A stretch of 61,640 bases of DNA from IMG/VR virus record IMGVR_UViG_3300002703_000110, positions 1 to 61,640 of that record, one strand, 5' to 3'. Made by a program: the position numbers and the translations under genes. The stretch's first letter is position 1; every line of letters starts with the position of its first letter. This document shows positions 60,011 to 61,640 of this stretch, in pieces. Source of the DNA: a virus (Duplodnaviria; Caudoviricetes). Below the pieces are notes generated by a model, which searched no databases, was not told where the DNA came from, and saw only the letters and a program-made list of their open reading frames with translations.

Positions 60011-60084
60011 TGCGCCATAACGGATTTGCACCGTTGTATCCACCTTTATAAGAAGTGTGCCGTAACTATCTTGGCTAATAGCGC
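60011..60084 (-). tRNA. tRNA-Ile(TAT)
   Basis: CACTT-CTTATAA-AGGTG; T-loop TGCAAAT. Confidence 0.85.
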
Positions 60085-60292
60085 AGAAAAATTTTATCTA
60101 TGATCTACAATCCAATCTCTTATTTCTTGTATCTCTGGGTGCATAGAACCAACTTTGTTTCCATCTTTAACAGTTTTCCAGAACCACACAGTAAATTCTA
60201 CATTTGCATAATTATATCCTCTATAGAAATCTTTGTTTTCAGTCTCAAACACAACTTCTGATGCTTCTTTCAAATCTACCATAATATCACCA

Positions 60293-60364
60293 TGCACGAT
60301 ACTGGACTCGAACCAGCGATCTCTTGCTTATCAGACAAGTGCATTCCCTCTATGCTAATCGTGC
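60293..60364 (-). tRNA. tRNA-Ile(GAT)
   Basis: CTTGT-CTGATAA-GCAAG. Confidence 0.9.
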
Positions 60365-60368
60365 TTAA

Positions 60369-60440
60369 TTCTCCCGGCCAGAGTTGCACTGACATCACCA
60401 GATCCAAAGTCTAGCATGATTACTATTACACTACGGGAGT
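60369..60440 (-). tRNA. tRNA-Gln(TTG)
   Basis: CTAGA-CTTTGGA-TCTGG; T-loop TGCAACT; 1:72 mismatch. Confidence 0.8.
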
Positions 60441-60856
60441 TCAAAAATATTTATTCTTCAAATTCACATTCTAATTTAAAATTACTACCAGAAGGCTCTT
60501 CACGTCCATATTTAAAAAACAAACATGATTGGTTTGGATCAAAATTATGTGGAAATGACTTATTAATTTCTTGTCCATCTGAAGGACCAAAAAGTTCAAT
60601 TCTTATACGGCAATTTCTACCACAATGATTACAATGAAATATTTTAACACGTTTCATTGTGTCCACCCACGATTTTTGGGTTTTTGATTATATTTTACTT
60701 CACCGAATTTTTTAAAATATTGCTTCTCTTCTTCTCTAAAAGACTGGTTCATTTCTCTTCGGATCGGAGTAATATCATGTTTATACCAAAAATCATTGTC
60801 ATCATTGTCTTTAAGACGAATTGTTTTGCCACAACCTTTGCGATATGTTCTACTCA

Positions 60857-61126
60857 TTAGAACACCTTAACATAATCTAATTTATTTTCAAAAATTTTAA
60901 AATGATCAAACCACTTTCTTTTCAAATAATATGTTTTATTGCGTATTTTAACACAACAAAGAACTTTATTATATGTTAATTTACGAAGATAATATTGTGA
61001 AACATTTTGTTTAATATTATAGTGTGATGAAAAATATACTAAATCATAAGCATCTTCATCTTTCCATTTTTTATTAATAAAATCAATAAAAAACTTATCT
61101 AAAGAGTCTGCTCCAACGCCAGCCAT
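60857..61126 (-). CDS. Winged-helix-like protein
   Basis: 89 aa; helix-turn-helix then wing (YYLRKL...VKIRNKTYY). Confidence 0.45.
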   Translation of the reverse strand: MAGVGADSLDKFFIDFINKKWKDEDAYDLVYFSSHYNIKQNVSQYYLRKLTYNKVLCCVKIRNKTYYLKRKWFDHFKIFENKLDYVKVF

Positions 61127-61386
61127 AATTCATCCTGTGGAGAATCGAAATCAACCCACACGCGATTGTCTTCTCTAAAAACACTCCAGCGCGTGCTGAT
61201 TACATTAAAAAAATAATCACGATTGCAACCCGAAACCTGTTTGTATTTTTTATAAATATCATTAAGCGGAATTATACCTGAATATTTTGAACAAAATTCA
61301 AATATAGATTGCTGTTTTTGTGTTGGTTTATTTTTTTCATTCACTTCCATCTTAAGTTCCTTCCAAATTTCATTAACTAAAAACAT
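61099..61386 (-). CDS. Hypothetical protein
   Basis: ORF directly downstream of the conserved promoter. Confidence 0.5.
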   Translation of the reverse strand: MFLVNEIWKELKMEVNEKNKPTQKQQSIFEFCSKYSGIIPLNDIYKKYKQVSGCNRDYFFNVISTRWSVFREDNRVWVDFDSPQDELWLALEQTL

Positions 61387-61390
61387 ACTC

Positions 61391-61420
61391 TATACATATA
61401 GGTGTTAAAAGTATTTAAAT
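61391..61420 (-). promoter_or_regulatory. Conserved viral promoter
   Basis: ATTTAAATACTTTTAACACCTATATGTATA, matches 58621..58650. Confidence 0.65.
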
Positions 61421-61640
61421 GTTTCTATTCATAGGTGAGTTTATCCCACTTTTTCCTCCAAAGGGCAACGCCGCCACTTCCCCCGAACGCATAACTTCTA
61501 TACATGTGCCCTCGTGAATAAGCATAACTTCCCCGTCTGCGCTTTACCATGTCAATCATCCAGCACATCTCCCTCTTCAGAATGCATATCATATAAGCGC
61601 CGCAGCGGATTTTCCTTCATTTTATTCACCCATTTATCAT

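Noticed and set aside
1-61640. Integrated provirus
   Set aside because: No integrase, att-like junction or flanking host genes recognised; the ends join each other

Overview
This window looks like an essentially complete, AT-rich genome of a tailed archaeal virus with siphovirus-like gene order (Caudoviricetes). The host is most likely an S-layer methanogen of the Methanomicrobia. Host evidence: GGTGA ribosome-binding sites, TATA-box promoters, PolB with a PIP box, PCNA, MCM-like helicase, ERCC4 nuclease, a Methanomicrobia-type NrdH plus mini-NrdD, C1:G72 tRNA-Tyr, and no pseudomurein endolysin. Layout: (i) 1-15300, minus-strand small early/accessory genes (RNA ligase, RNase H, MoxR AAA+/vWA pair, Cys-rich paralogs); (ii) 15300-17530, a 2.2-kb non-coding divergence region whose left part folds into a large nested structure; (iii) 17534-41560, plus-strand packaging, head, tail and adhesin genes; (iv) 41557-56300, minus-strand replication, recombination and nucleotide-metabolism genes; (v) 56350-60440, a minus-strand array of 17 tRNA genes interspersed with non-tRNA structured RNAs and decayed ORFs. 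The two window ends join inside a 44-bp repeat, one base short, consistent with a circular map. Most notable: a candidate ~700-nt structured ncRNA, tRNAs with a co-varied A18/G55 elbow and anticodons rare in archaea (ACG, TAT), tRNA-punctuated small RNAs, and a stand-alone NrdD glycyl-radical domain next to NrdH. All calls come from manual motif reading and folding; no database searches were run.
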